Positions 48,545 to 60,234 of a DNA stretch of 64,000 bases are shown in pieces. Position 1 is the stretch's first letter, and every line of letters starts with the position of its first letter. A program made the position numbers and the translations under genes. The notes beneath the pieces were generated by a model. That model was not told the origin of the DNA. It saw only the letters and a program-made list of their open reading frames with translations, and did no database searches. Source of the stretch: Zygnema circumcarinatum SAG 698-1b (taxonomy: Eukaryota > Plantae > Zygnematophyceae); assembly GCA_037447605.1 (NCBI GenBank), contig CM074810.1:1646880-1710879 (forward strand), in the 5' to 3' direction.

Positions 48545-50150
48545 ATGGCGGGCGCGGCGGCGGTGTGGGTGGCGGTGTGGGCGGTGGCGGCGGCGGCGGC
48601 GCTGGGCGGCGCGCGGGCGTGGGAGGAGGAGGGCGTGGGGGGGCCGTACTATTACGGGCCGGACCTGGACTTCAACGACAGCTGCAACACGGGCAACTGC
48701 GCGAGCGGCGGCATCAAGTCGTACTTTGAGATCCCGCTGGCGAAGGGCGAGGGCGGCTACAAGGAGTCCAAGTACGAGAAGGGCGACTTCCCGAGCTCCG
48801 TCTCCAAGGCGTACAAGGTCAAGAGCAAGCGCTACAGCGGCGTGGTCGGCGTGGAGGCGCAGAACGCGACCGCGTGCTGCCGCCTCTGCAAGTTCTACGC
48901 CAAGTGCTCCTACTACCTCTTCGTGCGGATGTGCGTTCCTTACCTCCCTCTCTCTTAAACTTTTTCCCGCTTGCATGGCAGTGCATGGTCCTCTCTATCT
49001 CTCTCTCTCTCTCCCTCTCTCCCGCTGACGGAGGGAGGGCGGCGGGTGCGTTGGCGCAGCGCGTGCGGGTGCGACGCAGGGCTGTGCTTCCTGTACGGCG
49101 TGACGAAGCCCAAGTACGTGGGCCCCAACGGCGGGTTCAAGCCCAGCACGGTCGGCGCCAAGTGCCAGAAGCCCGACTGCAACAACGACCCGCACCTCAC
49201 GGGCGCGCACGGCACCAAGTACGACTTCCAGGGCGCGCCGGGCCGCAGCTTCTGCCTCGTCACGGACCGCCGCCTCCACGTCAACATGCGCATGGCGGGC
49301 TACGTGGCGGGCCCTGCGGTGCGCACGTGGATCCGCGAGCTCGGCGTGGTCTGGCGGGACGCGGCCGACGTGGAGCACACTCTGCTCCTGGTCGCACGTG
49401 CGGGGAAGGAGACGGCGCGCGGCGGCGGGTTCCTGGCGGCGGCGCTGATCGACGGCGGCGCGGTGCCGCGGCTGCGCGCGGGGGAGGAGGCGGAGGGCGC
49501 GGGGGGCCTGCGCCTCGCGCTGCGCGCGTACGAGCGCGCGGGGCCGTACGACGTCGACTTCTACTCCGTCCGCATCGCGGGCCTCCTCGACATGGACGTG
49601 CGCCTACGCGTCGCCAACCCGCTCCTGCAGACGCCCGAGGAGGCCTACGCGCACATCAGCGTCGCCTTCAACTCCGTCGAGGTCCGCTCTCCCTCCCTCC
49701 CTCTCTCTCTCCCTCTCCCTCCCTCCCTCCCTCCCTTTCTCTCCCCCTCCCTCCTCCCTCCCGGCGGCGGCTGACGGGACAGGGCGGGCGGGCGGGTGGC
49801 AGCACACGGAGGCGATCCACGGCGTGCTGGGGCAGACGTACCGCGAGGGCCGGGACAGCCGTACGGAGCGGTTCTCGGTGCTCTCCGCGGCGCTGCTGCG
49901 GCCGGTGGAGGCCGACGGCGAGAGCGGGCGCGGGTTCCTGGACGGCCGCCCCGCGGACTACGTCCTCAGCGCCGCGCTCGCCACCGACTGCGCCTTCTCC
50001 GCCTACGGGGGCCGCGCGCTGCCCGCCGCCGCCGACGCCGACACGCCCGCCATGGCCGCCGAGGGCGCCGCCGCCACCGCCACCACCGCCATGGCCGCCG
50101 AGAAGGACGAGGAGCAGGAGGAGCCGCCGCGGGAGGTCGGCCACCAGTGA
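48545..50150 (+). CDS. Secreted root-cap/LEA-family protein: signal peptide, Cys-rich PAN/apple-like module, VWD-like domain (NDPH), root-cap motif; 3 exons
   Basis: Hydrophobic N-terminus MAGAAAVWVAVWAVAAAAALGGARA, then ACCRLC...CSYY...CGC..GLCFLY, CNNDPHLTGAHGTKYDFQGAPGRSFCLVTDRRLHVNM, and AIHGVLGQTYR...DYVLSAALATDCAFS. Introns lie at ~48930-49059 and ~49682-49802. Confidence 0.82.
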
Positions 50151-51399
50151 CCGATTGGGGGTGGCTATCAAGGAATTGCGTTCTCCTTTTCAGCAGTTTT
50201 CTTTGTAGTTATGGGATGTTTCATAGTGTTCTGTTTGAGTGGGTGGCAGCTTGGACCATGTCAGGGCCATATGGTCCATGGTAGGGCATGCAGGCGTGAG
50301 GTCATGGAGGATGTATGTGTTTTTCTTTTGTGATCTTTTAGGTTGTTGGTTGCACTTGTTACAATTTGGGAAAATATTATTCAAGGTTAGGACTAGTTTC
50401 AACACGATAAGAAGATCATGGGCTCCCTTGGAAGAGGTTAGACAGAGCATTAGATCACAGAATTCAGGTTGTGTAAGTGTGTCAGTCTCATTGTTGTATC
50501 TTTACTCAAATCCGCGTAGAAATAAGAAAGGAAATAGGCAAAAGCTGTACCTTTTTGTTTCAATATTAAGACAATGTTTGTACCTACTTACATGATCAAA
50601 TCCTTCAATTTTCAAAGAAAATATCGAGATAATGCTTTTAATGTTCTTGCGGGTATGATTTTTCATTCAATCAATGTTTGTCCTTGGTCATATGTTGTTG
50701 GTAATAAGGTGACAGTCATGTAAAACCTAATAGCAAAGCATGGAAACGTTCCACAAACGGATTTTCTTACAAGTTGAACAAATTTAATTTGATGTCTGTG
50801 GGGAAGGTGAGTGGTTTTGATCGATTTAACACACAAATGAAACATAGAATTTGTTGCATAAGCGAGCTATACAGAACCTCCTAGAAATACACGCAACATG
50901 GAAATCCTTGTTAAACAAGGCAGTGAGAACAAGGTAGAATGTTGAGCTGGGGCCCTTGGGTTCACGTTCTGAAGTCACATCACGTATTAGGGCCGTAGGT
51001 CTACCAAATAGGGTCGTAGGTTCACGACTGTTCGAATGGTAAAACAGTTCCACGGACGACGTTCGAAATATTGTATTCACAAAAGTGTCTGCAACGTGGA
51101 ACGATATGATTGGTTACGTCTCCTCAAGAGGGCCGCAAAATATATGGGGCGTGATGTGACGCGTCAAGCTCGTGGTTGTCGCAATGTCTGACTCGAGGAG
51201 TGAAAAGTGGCCACACGAGGCACGCGTGACAGCTATCACGCTCAGCTGAGAGGCAGGCCTTAAAGCAAGACAAAAAATGACCTTTTTGTCGGCACGCTGT
51301 GGGGGGGAGGTGGAACTACAGGGCGGCGGGCGCTTGGGAAAGGTGCGGGAGGGGGAGGGCCCAGAGGAGGTCTCGGAGGGGCACTGTGGAACTTTCCGG

Positions 51400-51900
51400 T
51401 GTGACCTTTGGTGAATCGCAACAAGGAGCTCTGGGGCGGTGCGCTTTCTCTTACATTCTTTTTTCCTTTGATCGAGTAACATATGGTGTGGGATCTTTGG
51501 AAGCAGAAGTTGAGAAAGTATTGATCGCTTTGGATTGCCATGGAGATGTCGAGCGGGTCAAGCACGCAGTGGGGGGGGGCTGCTCCTTGACAGAAACAGG
51601 CCATGTGCTGCACACTGACACATAAACATGAATTCGCCAAATTATTAAAAAGGCGTTTTTCCCCGTAATATATGACATTGTCATATATCGTCAACTCTGC
51701 CAGGTTCAAAATCTATGACAAACTTGAAGCATTCAATTGTTTCTTAAGAGTTTGCAAAGCTCACATCTTTCGCAGCAATATATGGAACCGCAGAGTTTCC
51801 ATACAAAAACCATTTTTACATCACATTGTCAGCTGATAAATGTGAGAAAGTAAACTTCTTTAATTGACTTGGAAAATTTTCGTTACTTACATTGTCCAAA
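51400..51900 (-). pseudogene. Possible decayed hAT-like transposase fragment
   Basis: Stop-interrupted reading LQTLKKQLNASSLS*ILNLAELTIYDNVIYYGEK...PHCVLDPLDISMA loosely fits the hAT DDE segment (L..L.....NL....D....G.K...HC..H.L.LA). The similarity is weak and judged by eye. Confidence 0.3.
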
Positions 51901-52278
51901 CATTGTACATTGTTTCTATTCTCAGCTCCCTAAAGAAGTGACATTGACAATTTCTTTGTTCCTCCCTCATTAAAAACTTTAGAGGAACCACTAGTCCAGA
52001 ACCAGAATCGGGCCCTAATAAGGCTTAAAGAACCTTCTTCGCTAAATTGCCGGCAATCTGCCCCTTGGCAACGTAATCTTCTCCTACCACGACACCCCCA
52101 AACAAACTAAACTCTCTCTTTACGACCTTTACACCTGCCCCACTCGCTCATCAGCACGCCTCACCACAAATGAAATGAAAAAAGAAAGAACGAAAAAACG
52201 AATCTATGATTTATTTAATGGCCTCTAAGAGAACATCCTCCTCCTGTAGTGAGTACGTGCGATGCTTCCCCCAACCGG

Positions 52279-52722
52279 TCACTGGCGGCCGAGCTCCCGC
52301 GGCTCCTCGTCCTTCTCGGCGGCCATGGCGGTGGTGGCGGTGGCGGCGGCGCCCTCGGCGGCCATGGCGGGCGTGTCGGCGTCGGCGGCGGCGGGCAGCG
52401 CGCGGCCCCCGTAGGCGGAGAAGGCGCAGTCGGTGGCGAGCGCGGCGCTGAGGACGTAGTCCGCGGGGCGGCCGTCCAGGAACCCGCGCCCGCTCTCGCC
52501 GTCGGCCTCCACCGGCCGCAGCAGCGCCGCGGAGAGCACCGAGAACCGCTCCGTACGGCTGTCCCGGCCCTCGCGGTACGTCTGCCCCAGCACGCCGTGG
52601 ATCGCCTCCGTGTGCTGCCACCCGCCCGCCCGCCCTGTCCCGTCAGCCGCCGCCGGGAGGGAGGAGGGAGGGGGAGAGAAAGGGAGGGAGGGAGGGAGGG
52701 AGAGGGAGAGAGAGAGGGAGGG
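52279..52722 (-). CDS. Last exon (plus intron end) of an inverted paralog of the root-cap gene; middle of the gene lost in the N gap at 52723-52732
   Basis: Reverse complement of ~49690-50150, with a different C-terminus (EKDEEPRELGRQ* vs EKDEEQEEPPREVGHQ*). Positions 52733-53160 are the reverse complement of the 5' flank at ~48105-48530. Confidence 0.75.
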   Translation of the reverse strand, partial: PSLSLSLSLPPSLPFSPPPSSLPAAADGTGRAGGWQHTEAIHGVLGQTYREGRDSRTERFSVLSAALLRPVEADGESGRGFLDGRPADYVLSAALATDCAFSAYGGRALPAAADADTPAMAAEGAAATATTAMAAEKDEEPRELGRQ

Positions 52723-54530
52723 NNNNNNNNNNCGCTCTCTTTCGCTCGCTGTCTCTCTCTGGCCACCTACCACTCTTCCCCTTCCTCAATATAAATTTAT
52801 CTCTTCCTCACTATTAAGTTATCTCTTCCTTTCCTTCTGTCTCTACCGCTCTCTCCCCCTCTCTCTCTCCCTTGCTTTCTCTGCCTCCAATTTTGAGTCC
52901 GCACAAGCGCTGGCAGTGGAGCATTGGAGGCAGCGACGAGCGATCAAATAGTCGCCGCCGCAACGGCCTGTCGGCGCGCTCTCCCCACACCGACAAATCG
53001 GACGGCCATCCGTCTGCCACATGGCCCCCCGTCGAGGTCAAACCCCCGCCTTGCTTGCGTTTCCGTACGGTTGGAGAGTCCTTTTTTGTCGGCATCCGAA
53101 CAGCCGTCAACGGGACACATGCGACCCCTTGGTTGTGGATCGCGTGATGGCAATATTTCAGCTTTCGTTGAAATTGTATGGTGATGTGGCGAGGCGGGAT
53201 TGGTTGACTGTCCGGTTAACGACAATATTGCGTGGCGCGGCCTCCCGCCGTAGGAGGCTAATTCAGCACTGCGGCCCGCTTAAACGACAAAATTTCGTTT
53301 TTCACCGTTTGATGGCAAACTTTCCGCATGGCGCCAAAAGGAGTGTCCGTACATTCAGTTTTCAGGTCGCAAACAGTCCGTACACCTAGTTTTGAAACCT
53401 GATTTGTCGGTGTGGTGACGTGGTGGCAATCTCTCTGCCACGTGTAAAACAATCCGACGAGGTAACTGGAGTTTTCACCAATCAGGTGACAGTTTCGATT
53501 CTGGAGCCTTGCATGGCCACCACGTGGCAATTTTAGACTTGAAAATTTACGAATGGGAAGGTGTCACTTGGCAATTCTTTATCCGTTTGGAAACATTCGT
53601 CCAGACAGCGCTCTGATGTCCGCTTTTGAAATACGCCAAATCTTTGTTTGACTATTTTTTGTCGCCTTCTGGTCGAGCTGACGTACTTCTGTCGTTTCAG
53701 TAGGAGCCGCACACGCCTATCTTCTCTTCTGACGGTATCATTTGTCGTATTTTTACGATGTGCCGTTTACAACCCACAGGAATTTGTCGCTTTATGTAAC
53801 CGACTGTGGTGCGTACACACTCGAAGCTAGGCGCACCGTCCAAGGTCTGAGCTTGGAAGCTTCGTTGAAAACTTGGCAGTTATGGGTTCCATGTTATGAA
53901 TTCGGAAAATGTGATTCGTCAAAGAGCTGACCGTTAGACGGCATGCGACGCTGCAGTCTGTCGCACTATTGGATGTCCGTCGCTTGGCTGTCGCACGATG
54001 GGATGCCTGTCGCATGGCTGTCGCACTATATGAAATCTACTGTAAACGCGGTGACCCCGGAATAACCCAAACGACTTTCATTCAGATAAATACTGTGGCA
54101 AGTAGAATAGAAAAAAATAAGTGGAAAATGAAAATCACAATTAAATGTTGTTTTGGGGCTGACGATACGGCAATGCTGGCGAACTTCCAATATGAGAAAC
54201 GGCACCTTTCTTTAATACAATGAAATCCAAAAAGATAAACAAAAAGCTAACTTGGCATTATGAGCAAGAGAATCTAAAAACCCTAACGGATCTGCCTTAC
54301 TGGATGATAGAGCCGTGCGATTGACCCCACCGACCTACGACCCTAAAACACTGATAAACTTTCTCACTACTCGCGATTTCAATAAACCTGAGTTGAGTTA
54401 AACCTGAGCTGAGCTTTTTCGTTTGTTAAAGTAAACCTCCTCGAGTTCAAGTGTGAGCATTCCCATTTTGCATTGTGCAAACTCGACGGCAAAAATACGG
54501 TTTCATGACGATTCGTTTTCTCAGATTCAG

Positions 54531-57500
54531 TTACGAGAGCAATTTTTCGGCAATTTGTACAGCGTTCAACGCGGCCCCTTTGCGGATTTGGTCACCGCAA
54601 ACGAAAATATCCAATCTGCGCCATAGAGAGGCGGGGGAGAGGGTGAGGGGGGAGGGGGCGAGGGAGGAGGAGGGGAGGGGAAAGTGGAGGGGGGAGGAGG
54701 GGTGGGCAGGAGGAGGAGGGATGGGGGAGGGGGAGGGGGAGGGGAAGTGGAAAAGGGAGAAGGGGAGGAGGGAGCAAAGAAGGGGAAGGAGGAAGGGGGG
54801 AGGGGAGGAAGAGGGGGGGGAGGGGGCGAGGGGGAGGGGGGAGGAGGGGAGGGGAAAGGGGAGGGGAAAGGGGAGGGGAAAGGTGAGGGGGAAGGGGGGA
54901 GGGGTGGGTGGGGAGGGAAGGAGAGAGGGGGGAGGGGGAGGGGAAAAGGGGGAAGGGGAGGGGGGGGGGACGGGGGATTGGGGAGGGGAGGGGAGGCCGA
55001 GGGGGGGACGACGGGGGAGGGGGAGGGGTGGGGGGAGGGAGGAAGGGGAGGGGGAGGGGTGGAGGGGTGAGGGGGAGGGGGGAGGAGGGAGGGAAAAAAG
55101 GAGGCGGAGGGGGGAGGCGGGGGTGGGGAGGGAAAAGGGGGAAGGGGGAGGGGGGGACGGGGAGGGGGAGAGGGAGGGGAGGGGAGGGGAGAGGGGATGT
55201 GAGGGAGGGAGATGGTGGGGTGGGGAGGGGAAGGGGGAGGCGGGAGGGAGGGAAGGGGGAGGGGGAGGGAGGAATGAGGGAGGGGAGGGGAGAGGGGTGA
55301 GGGGAGGGGGGAGGAGGAGAGGGGGAGGGGGATGTGAGGAAGTGGGGGAGGAAAGGCTGGGGAGGTGGGAGGAGGGGATGGAGGGGGGGGGGAGGAGGGA
55401 GGGGGAAAGTGGGAGGGGGGTGAGGGGAGAGTGAGCTTACCCGTGATTGCCTTCTTGAGAAATATCCTTTCGGATCCTTCCAACTGCCACGTCATCCTTG
55501 CACGACACCTGTCCACATACGGACACACCTCATGTGATTTTTTTCGGGGTTTAGAGTTTTCAAGTGGTTTTGGATTTAGGGAAAATAAGGGTTTTGACGG
55601 GACAAAAGTCGAAACGAATTGCGACAATGCACGTCACGTCACGTCACGTTTCGTCACCTCGTGAAAGAACATTGGTAAGAGTACGTTGATTGATAATGCT
55701 TTTCCCCTACTTTCAGAACCCCCAAAAGGAAAGGAAGGGGAGAGGGAAATGGATGAGGGAGAGGGAGAGGGAGAGGGAGAGGGAGAGGGAGAGGGAGAGG
55801 GAGAGGGAGAGGGAGAGGGAGAGGGAGAGGGAGAGGGAGAGGGAGAGGAGAGGGAGAGGGAGAGGAGAGGAGAGGGAGAGGGAGAGGAGAGGGAGAGGAG
55901 AGGGAGAGGGAGAGGGAGAGGGAGAGGGAGAGGGAGAGGGTGAGGGTGTGGGAGAGGGAGAGGGAGAGGGAGAGGGAGAGGGAGAGGGAGAGGCACTGGG
56001 GGAGAGGGACAAGGGGAGGGGGAGGGAGGGAGAGAGAAAGTGCGAGAAAAAAGAGGATAGAAAGGCAAGACATAAACTTACGTCAAGTGGTGTCGGAAAT
56101 CTGTTATTGCTCCGATCGTCGATCAAAATCACGCCCTCCGCCTTGCTGAGAATCTCCTTCGCCTCTTCCTGGACCACCCAAGTTAAAAGAATAAAAGTGA
56201 AAAAACTATAAAAAAAAAAATAAAGCAAATCACTTGAAGTTAACAAGCAAAATGCAACACCTTACTTACATACAATATACTTTTCCAATAACATCTGAGG
56301 GGTACAATTGGGGTATACGTGTGCCCACCTCCGTCAAGGGCTTCTCAAACTGAAGATTTATGCTCTCCGCATGTGCTCGCATTATCGGAACGCGAATACA
56401 TGTAGCCGTTATTTTGACATCGGGGTCATCCTGTTCATGCGCACGAATATGGTGGGAACACTGCTTATGAGGGAGAGGGAGAGGGAGAGGGAGAGGGAGA
56501 GGGAGAGGGAGAGGGAGAGGNNNNNNNNNNGAGGGAGAGGGAGAGGGAGAGGAAGGGGGAGAGGAAGAGGGAGAGGAAGTGGGAGAGGAAGATGAAGAAG
56601 GAGAGGGTGAGTGAGAGGGGTAGTTGGGTAGGAATGGGCGAGGGAGAGGACGAGGGAGGGGGAGGGCAGAGGAAGAGGGACAAGGATGGGAGAGAGCGGT
56701 AGGAGGTGAAGAGGAGAGGAATAGGGAACGGTGGGAGGGCGAGCGAGAGGGGGAGGGGATGGAGAGGGAGTGGGACAAGGGGAAGGAGAGGTAGTAGGAG
56801 AGGTCTTTCGTGTCTCTCTCTCTCTGTCCCTCTGTCTCCCTCTGTCTCTCTCTCCTTACCCAGATTTTGCGCGTCTCTTTGACCATTTTCATCTCCTCCT
56901 CGTTGTAACCGTTGTCCAACATGGAGGAGTTGTGCGAGAAAAGGTTGAAGGCGTACTGCACGGGAGATGAAAAAACAAAAGTAAAAACGTAAGTAGAATA
57001 AAAATAGCAATAGATGTAATATACAATGAAAGAAAAACAAGAAGAAATAAAGCAGATGAAAACACTTCATCGACATCGTGAAAGAAGCTCTCCACGTGCA
57101 AGGCCTCAATCTGCCACGTGGCACCATTGATCCTGCCACGTGGCGTAGTCTGAATCTGCCAAGTGGCAGCATGGCAGTCTTTCTACGTGGCACAGTAAAA
57201 GACTGGCACGAGATAGATGACACGCAGCACCATGTGATACTCTCTCTCCCTCCCCCTCTCTCTCCCTCCCTCTCCCTCCCTCTCCCTTTCCCACTCCCTC
57301 CCTCTCCCTCCCTCTCCCTCTCCCTCTCCCTCCCTCTCCCTCCCTCTCCCTCCCTCTCCAGCCCACTACAGTCCTCCTGCTTGCCTGGTTAAGGACTGCC
57401 AGGTGGCACCCACCTGCCGGTCAAAGATGTTCATTGTGGGCGGCTTCCCTTCCAACACCTGTCCCCCTCCTAGCCCACAGCCAATCACAGAGCGCCAGCA

Positions 57501-59110
57501 AGGCGCCGCCGCTCTTAATGCCAGCCATGCGAGGGCTGTCAAAAAAAAAAAAAAACCCCCGGAGAATAAAGGTACAATTTTCTCGCAAAATGAGATTTTT
57601 CCCTCTCAAAACAGGTTCTTCACACACCTCAGTTCTTCCCAGGGGTTTTGTTTATCTCGCTTATGGTATTCTGGGGTATGTAGGTTGAATCCAGTAATCG
57701 GTAATCTGTAAAACTATTACATTAAGTTTTTAAAAATATTACAATCTAAGGCCTTTGGAAAGCTGAGAGTCCTTGGGCTACTAGCAATTTCCCTGTTTTT
57801 GCACTTTTAGGGTTTGTGGCTCTCCCTCACCTCGCGAGTTTGAAGCTCGAGTTCAGCCATGGCTGCCGCACCTGCTCCGCTCGCTGCCTGGTAGGTGCTC
57901 ACCACCATCCTCTTCACCTGAAAATGCACACCATTTCATAAACTATTAACTAGCCATTCAGAAAAGTAAAGAAAAAGGGGGAAGAAGAATGAGAAGGTAG
58001 CGTTTTCAGTTCAAATTGTGTGTTGCATTAGAGGGGGGGAGGAGGGGGGTTACTTTTGCGTGGCGATGAAGGGGAGTGGCCGCCATGAGAGCGATGATGG
58101 TAGAGCAGTTAGGGTTTGCAATGAGGGCCCCCTCCTTCTGCCCCACACGGATGTGGGCCATCGCCTCGGGGTTCACCTGCATGGAACACGGGCTCCGTTA
58201 AGCTCCGTTCCGTTACGTTCTGATTAGTTCAACGCAGTTCAGTTCAAACGAGGCTGAATGGAGTTCGGTTTCATTAGGGTCAGATCAGTTCAGTTCGGTC
58301 CTGTTCCGTTCGACAGTGAGCAAACCAAGACAAGGTAAATGCAGTTCGATTCAATTCAGTTCAGTTCAGTTCAGTTCAGTTCAAATCAGAACAGGTCGGA
58401 TCAATGAAGTTGACGTCCATTCAGTTCAGCGGGACAGGATGGAAAATGTCCAAGCACGATAGTAAGGGAGAGGAAGACGGGAGGTAGACGGGGAGAGGGA
58501 GAGGGGGAGGGCAATGGTATGGAGAAGGAGTGCGACGAGAAGAGGAGAGCTGTGGGAGAGGGAGAGGGAGAGGGAGACGGAGAGGGAGAGGACGAGGGCA
58601 AGGTCGAAAAGAGGGAGAGCGAGACAAGGGAGCGAGAGAGATGAGACGTGAGAAGAGTCTGGAAGAGGGAGAGTGGGAGGGAGAGGAAGTTTCCAGCCAC
58701 CTCAGGAACAATGAGAGGAACTCCTTCCGCCATCCGAAAAGCAGAGCTGTTGTCGATCACGATCGATCCCGCCTTCACCGCAATTGGGCCAAATTTCTTG
58801 CTGCAAATTAAGTTAAAGGGAAAAAGGAGGAAAAGAAATGGGCGCAACACAATTAAAGACTCATCAACCGAAGCTTCAAGTTTCACATGTATGCATAATA
58901 TTTGCGTCTCATATTTTTTTCCCTTCTGAAACAGCTTGTTCTCCCACTCCCCTCCCCCCACTTCGCCTGTCCCCTTCCCTCACTCCTCTGTCACGTCACA
59001 CTCACAATCCACGCTACGTGGAACTGAATATGAGAGGTCGAGTGTTTCAACAGTATTTCAGGATTTTACAAGTTGATAGACTGAATTTATTTAAGCTCAT
59101 CCCAGCACGA

Positions 59111-59198
<88 letters not shown>

Positions 59199-60234
59199 TT
59201 TATCACTCTCACCCCTCTCCCACTCTCTCTCTATGACTTCCACTCAATCGATCACTTACACTCCTTTCCTCCCTCCGTCTCCCTTCTTCCCCGACTGTGA
59301 TTACTTTATCAAAAACTCGCGCTCTCTCTTCCTACCTCTCTCTCTCCTCCCTCCCTCTGCTCTGTCGAGTATTTTTAAAAATGTGTGCAAATCCCAAAGA
59401 TAGAATCTCTGCCTCGGCGTACAACGTACACTCATTAATATATTTTTCTTTATCTTCTATTTATCAAATCTTCCAACTTTAAATTAAAATCATTGAACTA
59501 AACGGCATTTAAAGCGCTACAACTCAATTGAATTTCATTGAATTCAACAAAAAATCAAAAAGAGCAGAAAAAATAATTTTAAAATGTAACGAAAAAAAAA
59601 ATGCTGTTAATTGGGGTAGTACCTAATAGAGCCTCCCGCGCTGAAGAGAGCGATGTCGACGTCTCCGAATGACTCCTCCGTCAGCTCTTCAACCACATAC
59701 TTCAGGCCCTGCGCGCACACCCCAACACAACCCAAAAATCCTATAAACAAACCAACGAGGAAATGCAGAAACACTAAAAGCCCAAAATGTCCAAAAAACC
59801 CAAAATTCAAAATACCCATAACCCTGAACCCTGAACCCTAACCCCAACCCTAGACCCTGAACCCTAACCTTAGACCCTGAACCCTAACCCTAGACCCTGA
59901 ACCCTAACCCTAATCCTGGGGGCCGCACGGGGGTACGGACCTCGAACTCAAACTCTTGGCCGGCGGAGCGTTTGCTGGCGAGCATCTTGATGCGGCTGTA
60001 CGGAAAGGCGCGGTCGTGCAGCACGGACAGAAACTCCTGCCCGACAGCGCCCGTCACGCCGACGATGGCCAATGAGGGGCCGTCAGCTGTCAGCGCCATG
60101 CGCGCCACGTGGCGCCGAAGGGGCGCGCGGGTGAGGGAGAGGGAGGGGGAGGGAGAGGGGGAGAAGGAGGAGGAGGGGTTGGGGGTCAGCCATGGCGAGC
60201 GGAGGGTCAGGCTGAGAGACTTCACGGCAGCCAT
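54531..60234 (-). CDS. asd: Plastid aspartate-semialdehyde dehydrogenase, ~11 exons
   Basis: Transit peptide followed by [43 protein letters not shown] (catalytic Cys), [45 protein letters not shown], and [20 protein letters not shown]. All lie in GT-AG exons. Confidence 0.96.
55740..55990. repeat. (GAGAGG)n hexamer microsatellite in an asd intron
   Basis: Long near-perfect GAGAGG array, representative of the GA/CT tracts in most introns. Confidence 0.9.
59820..59915. repeat. Telomere-like array (ACCCTAG/ACCCTGA/ACCCTA) at the 5' end of asd intron 1
   Basis: Direct repeats of AACCCT variants starting ~20 nt from the donor site. Confidence 0.85.
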
